Positions 30,863 to 41,742 of a stretch of DNA of 64,000 bases are shown in pieces (position 1 is the first letter of the stretch; each line of letters opens with the position of its first letter). A model generated the notes under the pieces. That model made no database searches. It saw nothing but the letters and a program-made list of their open reading frames with translations, and had not been told where the DNA came from. The stretch is from positions 135,308 through 199,307 of the forward strand of contig CAVYIU010000007.1 of NCBI GenBank assembly GCA_963768665.1, written 5' to 3'. The DNA comes from an uncultured Spirochaetota bacterium (GTDB taxonomy: Bacteria > Spirochaetota > Spirochaetia > SZUA-6 > Fen-1364). The translations under genes were made by a program, and so were the position numbers.

Positions 30863-31860
30863 CACTTCTTGAGGATGTCCTTCAGTGCGCCCCGGAGACC
30901 TTCCGTGGCCTTGCCCAGGGAGTCCCCGACATTCCGCACCGTCCTGACCAGGGGGTCGTCGCTGCTCTTCACCGCGGCGGTGTAGTGCTCCCATCCTGCC
31001 TTCAGGTCATCCGCGACCGCCGGTGCCGCATCGCCGCGGCGCGGGTAGGTGCCGGCAAGGATGGCCGCGTATTCACCCGACACCGCCCACGCGTGCAGCT
31101 CCTGGAGCCGGACGACGGGGAACGGGTGGTTCTGTCCCGCCGTGTTGAGCATCTTGAAGACGCTGTCGAGGATCGTCTTCTGGTTCTCGTACTCCCACAC
31201 CTGCTGGAAGAAGTCGTTCACGTTCATCTGGGAGAGGTCCCCGCCGCCGGCCAGCTTCATCAGGACGTTGTAGTTCTCCTGCTCGCTCTGCAGGGCGAGC
31301 AGCGCCGCGCGGTCCGCGGTCAGCTCGCTGGCCCGTTCCCACTCCTTGAGGGCCATGACGAGGGGCTTCACGAGGAGGCCCGCGATGGGCAGCGCACCCA
31401 CGGAGAGCTTGAGGAGCATCCAGAGCACGGTGGAGTAGACGTTGTGGCCGCTCAGGATGTGGCCCACCTCGTGGGCGATTACGCAGTACAGCTCGTCGTC
31501 GTCGAGCATCTTCGTGGTGGCGCTGTTGAGGACGATGAACGGCTCCTGCACGCCCATGGCCCCGGCGTTGAAGAAAGGGCTGTTCGTCACGAACACGTCC
31601 GGCAGGGCGGGCCAGTCCAGGACGTCGGCCACGCGCGCCAGCATCTGCTTCACCTTCGGGAACTGGTTGTCGGTCACCTTCACGGCTCCGGCAACGTGGA
31701 GCAGCCTGAGCGACCTCTCCGTGGTCCCTCCCACGATCATCTTGACGATCTCCGCGAGGCCGCCGGTCCGCTGGAGAACGCTCAGGGCGGCGCGATCGGC
31801 GGGATGCTCCCAGGCGCGGGGGCTGATGGCGGGGAGCTTCCGTGGTGTGTGTGCGGGCAT
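30862..31860 (-). CDS. M48-family zinc metallopeptidase
   Basis: HEVGH at CVIAHEVGHILSGH, downstream E in SELTADRAA. Start taken at MPAHTPRKL (ATG 31860). Confidence 0.8.
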   Translation of the reverse strand: MPAHTPRKLPAISPRAWEHPADRAALSVLQRTGGLAEIVKMIVGGTTERSLRLLHVAGAVKVTDNQFPKVKQMLARVADVLDWPALPDVFVTNSPFFNAGAMGVQEPFIVLNSATTKMLDDDELYCVIAHEVGHILSGHNVYSTVLWMLLKLSVGALPIAGLLVKPLVMALKEWERASELTADRAALLALQSEQENYNVLMKLAGGGDLSQMNVNDFFQQVWEYENQKTILDSVFKMLNTAGQNHPFPVVRLQELHAWAVSGEYAAILAGTYPRRGDAAPAVADDLKAGWEHYTAAVKSSDDPLVRTVRNVGDSLGKATEGLRGALKDILKK

Positions 31861-31972
31861 GAAGGAAATGTACAGCGGAGGCACCTCGCCTGCAACGGAC
31901 GGACGAGGAGAAGCCGCGGCCCTTCCTTCGCGGGGCGAAATGATTATCTTGTGGGGAGAAGGAGCACAACCC

Positions 31973-32626
31973 ATGAAGAAGAGTCTCATCGTCGTCCTGC
32001 TTGGCATGCTTGCCCTTGGGGCTTTCGCGCAGGACATCACCCTCTCCCGGCCGCCGGCAAAGCTCGGCATCGATGTCCTCGACGCCATCCGTGCCAGGGC
32101 GGTCTCGCGAACGTTCGTCCAGAAGGACGTCTCGGTCGCCGACCTGTCCGCCATCGTGTGGGCGGGCAACGGCCTGAAGGGGACCGCCGATGCCGTGAGC
32201 GCAGCATCCAAGGCGAACGGCACCATCCCGGTCTCCGGTGACGTGAACTACATCAACCTCTACATCCTCACGGCGAAAGGCGTCTATCGGTTCGACCCGG
32301 CGGCGAACGTCCTGAAGCAGGTGAGCACGAAGGACTCTCGCGCGGATGTCACGCCGGAGGCCATCGCCACCGCGGCGTTCATGGTCCTCTACACGATGGA
32401 CACCTCGAAAGCCCCGGCCTTCACGAAGGGCAACCCGGCGCAGTTCCGCGAGACCGCCGTGGCCACCGCGTCCTACGGCGCGCAGAACATCGCACTCGTC
32501 GCGGCCGGTCTCAAGCTCAGCACCATCGTCATGTACAACCTGAAGGCGGACGCGGCAACGGCAGCCGCGAAGCTGCCAAAGGGAGAAGTGCCGCTCTTTA
32601 TCATGCAGGCGGGGTACACGCAGTAG
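31973..32626 (+). CDS. secreted nitroreductase-family protein
   Basis: ATG after GGAGAAGGAG. Signal peptide MKKSLIVVLLGMLALGAFAQ. RAVSRTF (RxxxRxF) and GAQNIAL resemble the nitroreductase fold. Confidence 0.65.
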   Translation: MKKSLIVVLLGMLALGAFAQDITLSRPPAKLGIDVLDAIRARAVSRTFVQKDVSVADLSAIVWAGNGLKGTADAVSAASKANGTIPVSGDVNYINLYILTAKGVYRFDPAANVLKQVSTKDSRADVTPEAIATAAFMVLYTMDTSKAPAFTKGNPAQFRETAVATASYGAQNIALVAAGLKLSTIVMYNLKADAATAAAKLPKGEVPLFIMQAGYTQ

Positions 32627-32755
32627 GAAGAATCGGCCGGAGACGTGAGCAGCAGGCTGGGCGGGGAGTCGCACGCGCGCCCGCCGCCCTCCTGCCCGCT
32701 CGTTCCCCCGGGTCTGGTCCCTGGCATTCTGTGCCGCCGCGAGGTAGAAAGTAGC

Positions 32756-34090
32756 ATGAGCGCACGGGAGTTCTTTGACGGCCTGGTGGCCTCTCACAAG
32801 ATCGCTCCCGGCGTCCGGGCAGGGAGCGGCGGCAGTGCCGGCCGCGGCATCGGGTCGGTATGTAGCGCGCACCCCATCGTGCTGGAGGCAGCCTTCCTTC
32901 AGGGCCTGCGCGACGGCGGGCCCGTTCTCATCGAATCGACCGCCAACCAGGTGAACCAGCTGGGGGGATACACGGGCACGACACCCGAAGGGTTTCGGCA
33001 GGCGCTCCTTGCCATGGCGCGTGCGCTGGGATTTCCCCCCGAACGGCTCATCGTCGGAGGCGATCACCTCGGCCCCTATCCCTGGCGTCACGAGCCGGCC
33101 TCATCGGCCATGGCAAAGGCGCGTGCGCTCGTGCAGGCGTGCGTGCGTGCGGGCTACGAGAAGATCCATCTCGATGCCAGCATGCCGCTGCAGGGCGACG
33201 CAACCCCGCTTGACCCTCGTACCATCGCCGAGCGGGAGGCAGAGCTCGCCGAAGCAGCGGAAGGAGCCGCGGCGGAATCTCGGGCTGCGCCCGTGTATGT
33301 CATCGGGACCGAGGTGCCCGTTCCGGGCGGGGCGACCGCCGGGGAGGCGGGCGTCTCGGTGACGACAGTGGAGGATCTCGAATCGACTCTCCACGAATGC
33401 CGCAGGGCTTTCCACGATCGCGGCCTCGACGACGGATGGCTCCGTGTCCGCGCCCTGGTCGCCCAGCCGGGGGTGGAGTTCGGCGACCAGACCGTCCATT
33501 CGTACGACCGGGAGGCCGCGCGCGAGCTGTGCGCAGCCGTGCGCGGGCTCCCCGGGGTCGCGCTGGAAGGCCATTCCACCGACTACCAGGAAGAGAGACG
33601 CCTTCGCCAGCTCGTGGAGGACGGCGTTGCCATTCTCAAGGTGGGACCCTGGCTGACCTTCGCCTTGCGGGAATGCCTGTTCAGCCTGGAGCGCATCGAG
33701 CGGGAGCTGCTCGGGTCGCGGAGGGACGTGACCCTTTCGAACCTCGCGGCGACCGTGGAAGCGGCCATGACAGCGAACCCGGCTCACTGGCAGCCGTACT
33801 ACCGCGGCTCCGCCGAGGAGCAGCGGCTGGCGCGCCGCTACAGCCTCAGCGACAGGATCCGCTACTACTGGACCGTGCCGTCGGTGCGCGCCGCCTGTGA
33901 CGTGCTCCTGGGAAATCTCTCTCGCGCGGACATCCCACGCACGCTGCTGAGCCAGTTCCTGCCCGTGCAGCTGCCCGCGGTCCTGGAGGGAAGCGTCGTT
34001 CCCCGCGCGCGTGACCTCGCCCGCGAGAGCGTCCGCGCGGTCCTGCAGATCTACGCACGCGCAGCGCGCCCCGCCGCAGCCACGCGGTAG
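32756..34090 (+). CDS. AgaZ/GatZ/KbaZ-family protein (tagatose-bisphosphate aldolase non-catalytic subunit / tagatose-6-P kinase family)
   Basis: GIGSVCSAHPIVLEAA, VLIESTANQVNQLGGYTG, GGDHLGP, KIHLDASM, HSTDYQ and ILKVGP. Confidence 0.8.
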   Translation: MSAREFFDGLVASHKIAPGVRAGSGGSAGRGIGSVCSAHPIVLEAAFLQGLRDGGPVLIESTANQVNQLGGYTGTTPEGFRQALLAMARALGFPPERLIVGGDHLGPYPWRHEPASSAMAKARALVQACVRAGYEKIHLDASMPLQGDATPLDPRTIAEREAELAEAAEGAAAESRAAPVYVIGTEVPVPGGATAGEAGVSVTTVEDLESTLHECRRAFHDRGLDDGWLRVRALVAQPGVEFGDQTVHSYDREAARELCAAVRGLPGVALEGHSTDYQEERRLRQLVEDGVAILKVGPWLTFALRECLFSLERIERELLGSRRDVTLSNLAATVEAAMTANPAHWQPYYRGSAEEQRLARRYSLSDRIRYYWTVPSVRAACDVLLGNLSRADIPRTLLSQFLPVQLPAVLEGSVVPRARDLARESVRAVLQIYARAARPAAATR

Positions 34091-34100
34091 CGTGGCAGGC

Positions 34101-34937
34101 TTAGAGCGTCTGCGCGGCGATCCCGTTCTTGCCCGACTTCTTGACCGAGTACATGAGCCTGTCCGCCGCTTCCATGACCAGGTCCACGCTCTCCGGCAGG
34201 CGGCTGCAGGACACGACCCCGATGCTGAACGTCACCGGCCATCCCCCGAGGTTCATGCACGCGTGCAGCCGTGCGCGGACCTTGGCGGCCGCGTCGGCGG
34301 CCCCATCGCCATCGGTCTCGGGGAGGAGCACGGCGAACTCGTCGCCGCCCAGGCGCGCCACGACGTCGGTGCTGCGCGTCGCGGAGCGCAGCTCGGCGCC
34401 GATCGTGCGGAGGAGGGAGTCGCCGGCCTGGTGGCCGAACGTGTCGTTGACGTGCTTGAAGTTGTCCAGGTCGATGTACATGAGGGAGAAAGGGCGCCCC
34501 GTGCGCCGCGCGCGGGAGAGCTCCGTGACAGCCGTCTCCTGGAAGCTGCGCCGGTTGGAGATCTCGGTGAGGGGGTCGGTCTGCGAAAGCTCTCCCAGCC
34601 GACGGAGCGCGGAGCGGAGGGTGCTGAGGGACAGGGCGAAGCTCACGAAGATGGCGGCAGCCACCCCCGCGTTCCAGAGAGGGATCGGGAGGGGCGAGCT
34701 GCTCTGCGCGGCGGTCACGAGGATCACGCCGAGCACGGCGCCGGCGGAGATAATGCCGATGATCAACGCGCTGAGCCGACCATCGAACCAGGCGAGGAAC
34801 GTGATGGGGATAAGGTAGAAGAACTGCACGGAGACGTCGGGGCCCGTGATGTAGTCCGCGTAAACGACCGCCGCGAGGAGGACATAGCCGATCACCTCGC
34901 GGAGGATCGCCGGCATCCTTTCAACGGCGCGCACCAT
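34101..34937 (-). CDS. membrane-anchored diguanylate cyclase (GGDEF)
   Basis: N-terminal TM helices, then DPLTEISNRRSF, DLDNFKHVND.FGH..GD and RLGGDEFAVLLPE. Confidence 0.88.
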   Translation of the reverse strand: MVRAVERMPAILREVIGYVLLAAVVYADYITGPDVSVQFFYLIPITFLAWFDGRLSALIIGIISAGAVLGVILVTAAQSSSPLPIPLWNAGVAAAIFVSFALSLSTLRSALRRLGELSQTDPLTEISNRRSFQETAVTELSRARRTGRPFSLMYIDLDNFKHVNDTFGHQAGDSLLRTIGAELRSATRSTDVVARLGGDEFAVLLPETDGDGAADAAAKVRARLHACMNLGGWPVTFSIGVVSCSRLPESVDLVMEAADRLMYSVKKSGKNGIAAQTL

Positions 34938-35052
34938 GATGCATCGTATCGCGAAGGCGAGGAGAGCATCAACGGCCCCCGGCGTCGGTGGCGCCTTGCC
35001 GCGAGACAGACCCGGCGTGATTTGTTACACTCGGTTCGCCGCGGAGGACAGA

Positions 35053-37499
35053 ATGACGATCATCGATCTCTCGGGCCGGTGGCGGCTCGTCCGTGAAGCC
35101 ACGGGGAAGGCAGTCGACGCCACGGTCCCCGGGGACACCCACTCGGCGCTCATCGCCGCCGGGGTGATCCCGGACCCGTACCAGGGCATGAACGAGCGGG
35201 ACGTGCAGTGGGTGGGGCGGGAAGACTGGGCGTGGACCCGGGAGTTCAGCGTGACACCGGGACTGCTGGCCCAGGAGCGCGTCGAGCTGTCGTTCGACTG
35301 TCTCGACACGATAGCCGAGATCTTCGTCAACGGGAAGAGCGCCGGGCAGGGCGGACAACATGTTCGTGCGCTGGCGTTTCGACGTCCGGCGGCACCTGGT
35401 GCCCGGGAAGAACACGCTGCGTGTCCTCCTGCGCTCCGCGGAGAACGCGGCCCTCGCCGCCGCGCGTTCCCTCCCGTATCCCGTTCCCCACACGCAGAAC
35501 CCCATCCAGTCCCAGCACAGGAACCTCGTGCGCAAGGTGCAGTGCCACTCCGGCTGGGACTGGGCGCCCTGCCTGATGGTGGGCGGCATCCTGGGCGACG
35601 TCTCCCTCCAGGCCTTCACCGAGGCGCGCATCGACTACGTGCTCACCGAGCAGCGCCACGCGAAGGGCCGCTGCGTCCTCCGCGTGACGGCGGAGTGCGA
35701 CGCGGCCCGTGACGCCGACGCGACGCTCGTCGTCGCCCTGGACGGCCGCGAGGCGAGCCGGCGCGTGCGCCTCGTGCGCGGGAGAAACACCCCGTCGATG
35801 GATCTGACCGTCGACGCGCCGCGCCTCTGGTGGCCAAACGGCTACGGCGAGCAGCACCTCTACGATCTCACCGTGAAGATCGGGTCGCACGAGGTGAAGA
35901 AGAGGATCGGGCTGCGCACCCTCGATGTGATCAACCGGCGCGACAAGGCCGGGCTCTCCATGAGCTTCCGCGTGAACGGGGTGGAGATCTTCGCCAAGGG
36001 AGCTAACTGGATACCGTTCGACGCGCTCCCCCAGCGCCAGACGACAGACCGGCTCGAACACCTGCTTGCCAGCGCGGCGCGGGCAGGCATGAACATGCTG
36101 CGGGTATGGGGGGGAGGGCAGTACGAGAGCGACGCGTTCTACGACCTTTGCGACGCCCGCGGGCTCCTTCTCTGGCACGACATGATGTTCTCCTGCGCGC
36201 TGTACCCGGCGACGCCGGACTTTTCTCGCGAGCGTCGAGCGGGAGATCCGCCACCAGGTGAAGCGCCTCCGCGACCATCCCAGCATCGCGCTGTGGTGCG
36301 GGAACAACGAGGACGTGGGGGCGCTCACGTGGTTTCCCGAGTCCCGGGCGAACCGTGACCGTTACCTCGTGGACTACGACAGGCTCAACGAGGGGGTCAT
36401 CGGCCGCGTGGTCGACGAGTGCGACCCGCAGCGGAAATTCTGGCCCAGCTCACCGTCCGCCGGCCGCGGTGACTACTCCGACAACTGGCACGCGGACGGC
36501 CGCGGCGACATGCACTACTGGAGCGTCTGGCACGAGGGGAAGCCTTTCAGCGCGTACTATGACGTCTCCCCGCGCTTCTGTTCCGAGTTCGGTTTCCAGT
36601 CCTTCCCTTCCATGGCAACCATCCGCTCGTACGCGTCGGAGGCGGACTGGAACGTGACCTCGCCGGTCATGGAGCATCACCAGAGGAACCAGCGCGGCAA
36701 CTCGATCATCGTGGAGATGTTCACGCGTTATTTCCGCATGCCGGAGGGGTTCGAGAACTTCGTCTACCTCAGCCAGGTCCAGCAGGCCGTCGCCATCTCC
36801 ACGGCCGTGGAGTACTGGCGGCGCCTGCGCCCGCTGTGCATGGGCACGCTCTACTGGCAGCTCAACGACACGTGGCCGGTCTGCTCCTGGTCGTCCATCG
36901 AGTACGACGGCACGTGGAAGCTCCTCCATTACGCGGCGCGGCGCTTCTTCGCGCCCGTCCTTCTCGCCGCGCAGGCAATGGGCGGCGGGTTGGAGGTCTG
37001 GCTGACGAACGACCTGCTGAGCGAGGCACGATGCCGCGCCGTTGTCCGGCTGGCGGATTTCAGCGGGAAGGTGGTGCGCACGGAGGACCTCACGGCACGC
37101 CTGCCCGCCGGGTCATCGCGGCTCCTGAAGACGTTCGCGCTGAAGGACGGCGAGCGGCGCGAGGAGCTTTTCGCCTCCCTGATACTGGAGCGCGACGGAG
37201 AGGTGTCCTCCAACGAGACTTTTCTCACGGAACCCAAGCGGTGCACGCTGGCTGACGCCCACGTCACAAGCGACGTGGAAGAGGGCGAGGGCGGGTTCAC
37301 CGTCCGACTGTCATCCGATGCGCCGGCGTTCTACACGGCCCTCGCCGCGGACGGCATCCCGGGCGAGTTCTCCGACAACTGCTTTGCCGTGCTCCCCGAC
37401 CGACCGCGCGCGGTCACTTTCACGCCGCGTGCCCGTACAGGCCTGGCGGCGTTCCGCAGGTCGCTTTCCGTGAGGCACCTGCGGGGCACCTACCGGTAG
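35053..37499 (+). CDS. GH2 beta-mannosidase; 2 frame breaks (about 35350 and 36240)
   Basis: VPGDTHSALIAAGVIPDPY, RKVQCHSGWDWAP, FAKGANWIP, MLRVWGGGQYE, WCGNNE, FCSEFGFQSFP and YWQLNDTWP. Confidence 0.88.
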
Positions 37500-38341
37500 G
37501 CCTGCAGGAGACGCGCCCGGGCAGGCGCCTGGAGCTGGCGCAGCGCCCTCTTCTCGATCTGGCGGATGCGTTCCTTCGTGAGCCGGTAGCGGGCGCCCAG
37601 CTCGCGGAGGGACAGGGCCCTGTGGCCGTTGAGCCCGAACCGGGCCTGGATGATCTCGGCTTCCTTGTGCGCCAGTGTCCCGAGGACCGTCTGGATGTCG
37701 TCACGCAGGGCGCTTGTCACGGTCTGCTCGTCCTGCGTCGGCCTGCTCCTGTCTTCCACCGTGTCACCGAACGGCGACGCTTCTTCCTCGGCGCTCACGG
37801 GGGCATCGAGGGAAAGCGGCTCGCGTGCCACGTTGAAGAGGAGGCCGATGGCGGAGGAGCCTCCCGTATCCGTCGGTTCTGCATGCCGGGAAACCGGGCG
37901 AGCTCCTTCCTCGTACCGGGCGAGCTCCGTCACGCGGTTGAGGGGAAGCCTGATCGTCCGTGACTTCTCGTTGATGGCGTTCAGGATGGCCTGGCGGATC
38001 CACCAGACGGCGTACGAGATGAAGTGGTATCCCTTCTCGACGTCAAAGCGCTCGATGGCGTGCAGAAGCCCGATGTTCCCCTCGCTGATGAGATCCTCGA
38101 GCGGGAGGCCGCGGTGCTGGTAGCGCTTCGCGATGTTCACCACGAAGCGGAGATTCGCGCGTACGAGCTTCTCCTTGGCCGCGACATTTCCCTTGGCAGC
38201 AGCGCGCGCGAGCTTTTCCTCTTCCGCGCGGGAGACCAGGGGCACCTTGTTGATATCCTTGAGGTAGAGGGAGAGAAGGTTGTCGTCCGTCGACTCGGTC
38301 TTCCTCGCCCTTGTTTTCACTGCCGCCGCCATACCGCTCAT
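37490..38341 (-). CDS. sigma-70 family RNA polymerase sigma factor (group 1/2-like, RpoS/RpoD-type)
   Basis: Region 2 (NLRFVVNIAKRY..RGLPLEDLISEGNIGLLHAIERFD..KGYHFISYAVWWIRQAI), region 3, and region 4 (TKERIRQIEKRALRQL). ATG follows AGGAGG. The 3' end overlaps the mannosidase 3' end by 10 nt. Confidence 0.88.
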   Translation of the reverse strand: MSGMAAAVKTRARKTESTDDNLLSLYLKDINKVPLVSRAEEEKLARAAAKGNVAAKEKLVRANLRFVVNIAKRYQHRGLPLEDLISEGNIGLLHAIERFDVEKGYHFISYAVWWIRQAILNAINEKSRTIRLPLNRVTELARYEEGARPVSRHAEPTDTGGSSAIGLLFNVAREPLSLDAPVSAEEEASPFGDTVEDRSRPTQDEQTVTSALRDDIQTVLGTLAHKEAEIIQARFGLNGHRALSLRELGARYRLTKERIRQIEKRALRQLQAPARARLLQAYR

Positions 38342-38596
38342 ACGTTCCTCCTGCACAACATGCTACGAGGGAAATCTATACAGCAGACGGCTCCGGGCAC
38401 CATAGAGAACCGGTTAATATTCGATAAAGAAATCAATCGAATGCCTTAACATTCTGTTCTATCTGGAGGGCCCTGGAATGCGGCTTTGCGGCGGTGCCGG
38501 GACGCCACGATGAGCTGGAGCGCGTTCACCGCCAGGTTTCCATGATTGCTCTGCTGGCACGGTGCCGCTATTCTTCTGCCGGCAAAGGGGGTCGGC

Positions 38597-39700
38597 GTGG
38601 GCAGTGGTGAGGTTCTTTCCGCGCTGCGGTCATGGCCGGGGCGCGCAGGTGCAGGCGGCACGCGCGCGTTCGTCGGCTTCGACGGCTTCGTCGACACGAT
38701 GTACCGCGTGGTGCGGGAGCGCGGGGCGTCCGGCGCCGTGTTCTTCGATACTATCCGGGAGTTCGCGCACCACGTCGAAGCAGCGGCGGGCCAGAGCGCC
38801 GACATGGAACTCGTGCACCAGGAAACGCGCCTCGGCGGGAATGCGCCGCTGCTGGCGAACGCGCTGGCATCCCTCGGCGTTTCCACGACCTGCGCCGGCG
38901 CCATGGGGTACCCCGGGATACGACCTGCCTTCGCAGGGATGCATCCCGCGTGCGAACAGCTGAGCCTGTGCGAGCCCGGGGAGTGCAGCGCCTACGAGTT
39001 CAGCGACGGCAAGCTCATGTTCGCCGACCTGGCACCGCTGGATGCCCTGGACTGGCCGCTCGTGAAGGAAAGAATCGGGCTGGCCCGCCTGCGCGAACGC
39101 GTCCGCGGATGCGACCTCGTTGCGCTGGTGGATTGGGGAGGCCTCGTGAAAGCCCAGGGCGTGTGGGAGGGGCTTGCCGACGACGTGCTCCTCGGGCAGC
39201 CGCAAACCCGCGGGAAGCGGGCACGGCTCTTCATCGACCTCGCCGATATCTCAAAGCGGACACCGGGCGACGTGCAGGCGATGCTGGCGCTCCTGCGCCG
39301 CTGCGCCGGGCACCGCGAGGTCACGCTGGGGCTCAACGAGCACGAGGCGTGGGCGCTGCATGCACGCCTGTCCGCGGCCACACCCTCCTCCCTCGACAAC
39401 GCCTGCCGACGGCTCTTTGACATGCTGGGCCTGCACGCCGTGGTAGTGCATCCCATGGACCGCAGCTACGCGGTGACGCGCGAGGGTCTCGTGATGCGCC
39501 CGGGAACGGTGGTTTCAAAGCCGCTCGCGAGCACGGGAGGCGGAGACAATTTCAACGCCGGCTACTGCCTCGGCTGCCTTATGGGCCTTGACCAGGCTCC
39601 CTGCCTGGAGCTGGGCATGACGGCATCCCGCCTCTACATCTGCGCCGGGAAAAGCCCCGGCATTCCTGACCTCCTGGCCGATCTTTCGCACCCGGACTGA
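38597..39700 (+). CDS. ribokinase-superfamily sugar kinase (PfkB / ADP-dependent-kinase-like)
   Basis: RLGGNAPLLANALA and the C-terminal STGGGDNFNAGYCLG motif. The GTG start after AAGGGGG is uncertain. Confidence 0.6.
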   Translation: MGSGEVLSALRSWPGRAGAGGTRAFVGFDGFVDTMYRVVRERGASGAVFFDTIREFAHHVEAAAGQSADMELVHQETRLGGNAPLLANALASLGVSTTCAGAMGYPGIRPAFAGMHPACEQLSLCEPGECSAYEFSDGKLMFADLAPLDALDWPLVKERIGLARLRERVRGCDLVALVDWGGLVKAQGVWEGLADDVLLGQPQTRGKRARLFIDLADISKRTPGDVQAMLALLRRCAGHREVTLGLNEHEAWALHARLSAATPSSLDNACRRLFDMLGLHAVVVHPMDRSYAVTREGLVMRPGTVVSKPLASTGGGDNFNAGYCLGCLMGLDQAPCLELGMTASRLYICAGKSPGIPDLLADLSHPD

Positions 39701-39798
39701 TATCTTAGAGCGTCAAATCGTCGAGGTAGGCCACACCGCGGGTCTGCCGCTGGGCATCGGCAGCACCGTCGCGAAGCAACTCCAAGCATATTCGTTAT

Positions 39799-39826
39799 AA
39801 AACAAAGCTGGGCAGCAATTCCCAGC
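39799..39826 (-). terminator. orphan rho-independent terminator on the minus strand
   Basis: The minus strand reads GCTGGG-AATTGCTG-CCCAGC followed by TTTGTTTT. No annotated minus-strand gene lies upstream of it. Confidence 0.45.
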
Positions 39827-40266
39827 GAATGAGCACTCCAGGACAGTACTCTGCCTCCTTATACATAAACAACATGTTATTAATAAGAGCAGTAAATAAC
39901 AAAATCAATATGAATCGTTTATGTGGCGTTAATGGCTATTCAGAATTCCATCAGGTAATCTGGCGTCACATGAACGGAAAGGGTGGCGGTGCATCATCTA
40001 GAGCCCGAGCGAGGGTCCCGACTTCCGGGGTTGGTATCGCATTCATTTCCTCCCTTTCCGAGAAAACGATCATGCGCGTCGCGGCTTCACCACCCGCGGC
40101 AGACTCCCGTCGTGACCCTCACTCGGCATGCTCCTGACCGTGCGTCAGGCCCGATTCGGTGATCGGACCGGTGCACAGCGGGGGGCATGGTAGTCGCTTC
40201 TGCTTTCCATAGGATGACGAAGGAGCCGTTGGCTCCGGTCTGAAAAAGGCGCAAGGGAGGATCAGG

Positions 40267-41388
40267 ATGAAAAAACTGACTCTGTTCGCAGTTCTCGTTG
40301 TACTCGCCGCGATCGCGATGCCTGCCATGGCAGCGACGACAGTCGGTGTCTCGGGAGCGCTGGGGTACGGCATCATCTCGAATGGAACAAAGACGGCAGA
40401 TGCGTGGGATGATGCGTACATGAACATCACCGCGACCGTCGATCCCAACGATATGGTCGTTCTCGGATTGATGGGAACGGGCATGCCCACGGTAAATGGG
40501 ACAACTGGAGAGAATGGCCAGATGTTCGCAGCCCAGATCACCAACTTCTACGCGAAGTCCGATATTGCCGGCAACCTCTCGCTCGACGCAAAGACCATCG
40601 ATCCTGTTCTCTATGCAGGGTACGGCGTCTTTGATCTCCCGGACTACAACGTGACGCAGTACGGTACGGAAGGCATCTCCGCCATGGGCGTCGATAACGG
40701 CTATGCTGACGGCATCTTCGGCGGTGAAATCGGAGCTGGTTATGGCCTGCTTGGCGCTGATGTAAAAGTAATGAACATGGTTGACATCGTGGCGGCCGCC
40801 TCTGGAACAGCATTCCAGACTCCGTCTGCTACAGTGAAACCGCAGGCACTGGTCGGGGCTTACACCACGATCGGCCCTGTTTCGGCTGAGGCCGGGTGGG
40901 CGATGCAGGGAACCACGTCTGGCTTCATTCCTCTCGGAGTGAAGGTCAGCTACCCGATCGGCGACATCGGCCTCGCGGCGATGGGCCAGTACGTCGACAA
41001 CCTGAACACCGGCGGAAACTCCACCTGGGCAGCCGGCGTTGCGGTCTCGTACCAGAGCAACTACACGGTCGACTTCGCAATCATGAACTACTACCCCGCT
41101 GATCAGGGCACGACCGGTGCCCTGAAAGCCACGGGAGACGTGGTCCTCACCCTTGCGAAGAACTTTGGTGTCGTGGCCTCTTACTGGCTGAACATGGATT
41201 CCCTTGCAGCGTCGATGTTCGATACTCTTGAAGTATCGGCATGGACGACGGCGTTCGGGGCCAAGGTGCGCGTCGGTTACCTGTACGGTGTGACAGGGGT
41301 CGATGCCCTCGGCGTCCCGGCTTTGAACGCACCGAGCAACAACTCCAAGAATGGCGGTATCTACATCACCGTCGACGAAGGCTTCTAG
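40267..41388 (+). CDS. outer-membrane beta-barrel porin-like protein
   Basis: ATG after GGGAGGA. Signal peptide MKKLTLFAVLVVLAAIAMPAMAA. Alternating Gly/aromatic beta-strand pattern and a C-terminal ...ITVDEGF (terminal Phe). A strong terminator follows. GC is lower than in the flanks. Confidence 0.7.
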   Translation: MKKLTLFAVLVVLAAIAMPAMAATTVGVSGALGYGIISNGTKTADAWDDAYMNITATVDPNDMVVLGLMGTGMPTVNGTTGENGQMFAAQITNFYAKSDIAGNLSLDAKTIDPVLYAGYGVFDLPDYNVTQYGTEGISAMGVDNGYADGIFGGEIGAGYGLLGADVKVMNMVDIVAAASGTAFQTPSATVKPQALVGAYTTIGPVSAEAGWAMQGTTSGFIPLGVKVSYPIGDIGLAAMGQYVDNLNTGGNSTWAAGVAVSYQSNYTVDFAIMNYYPADQGTTGALKATGDVVLTLAKNFGVVASYWLNMDSLAASMFDTLEVSAWTTAFGAKVRVGYLYGVTGVDALGVPALNAPSNNSKNGGIYITVDEGF

Positions 41389-41410
41389 ACAGTCCTTCGC
41401 TTGCTGACTG

Positions 41411-41444
41411 AAAAACGGCCCTCCTCCACGGAGGGCCGTTTTTG
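41411..41444 (+). terminator. rho-independent terminator (bidirectional shape)
   Basis: AAAAACGGCCCTCC-TCCAC-GGAGGGCCGTTTTT. Confidence 0.85.
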
Positions 41445-41742
41445 CATTGTGTTCAGTCGCCGAGGCCTTTTCCCGACTCATCGGGCAGCCCTTCATCCTC
41501 CACCTCGACCGGATGCTCCGCAAGCCACGTGATCGTCGGAAGCGACATGCGGCAGCGGTGAGTCTCCCGGCCATGGCAGCATGCTGCCAGGATTCGCGCT
41601 TATTACAGAGGAAAACGAGAGTGGAATTGTTATTCGATGTGCCCTGCACGTTTATGCGCTGTCAATAGCCCTGTCGGCTCGCTGCCCCTAGATTCTGATT
41701 GTCTCAGAGCATGAGACCACGATTTTTTTCTAGGAGGACACA

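Noticed and set aside
39829-40137. 102-aa plus-strand ORF in the AT-rich spacer
   Set aside because: It has no Shine-Dalgarno sequence. Its composition switches from AT-rich to GC-rich midway, its translation has no domain-like features, and it overlaps the region better explained as the porin upstream/leader region.
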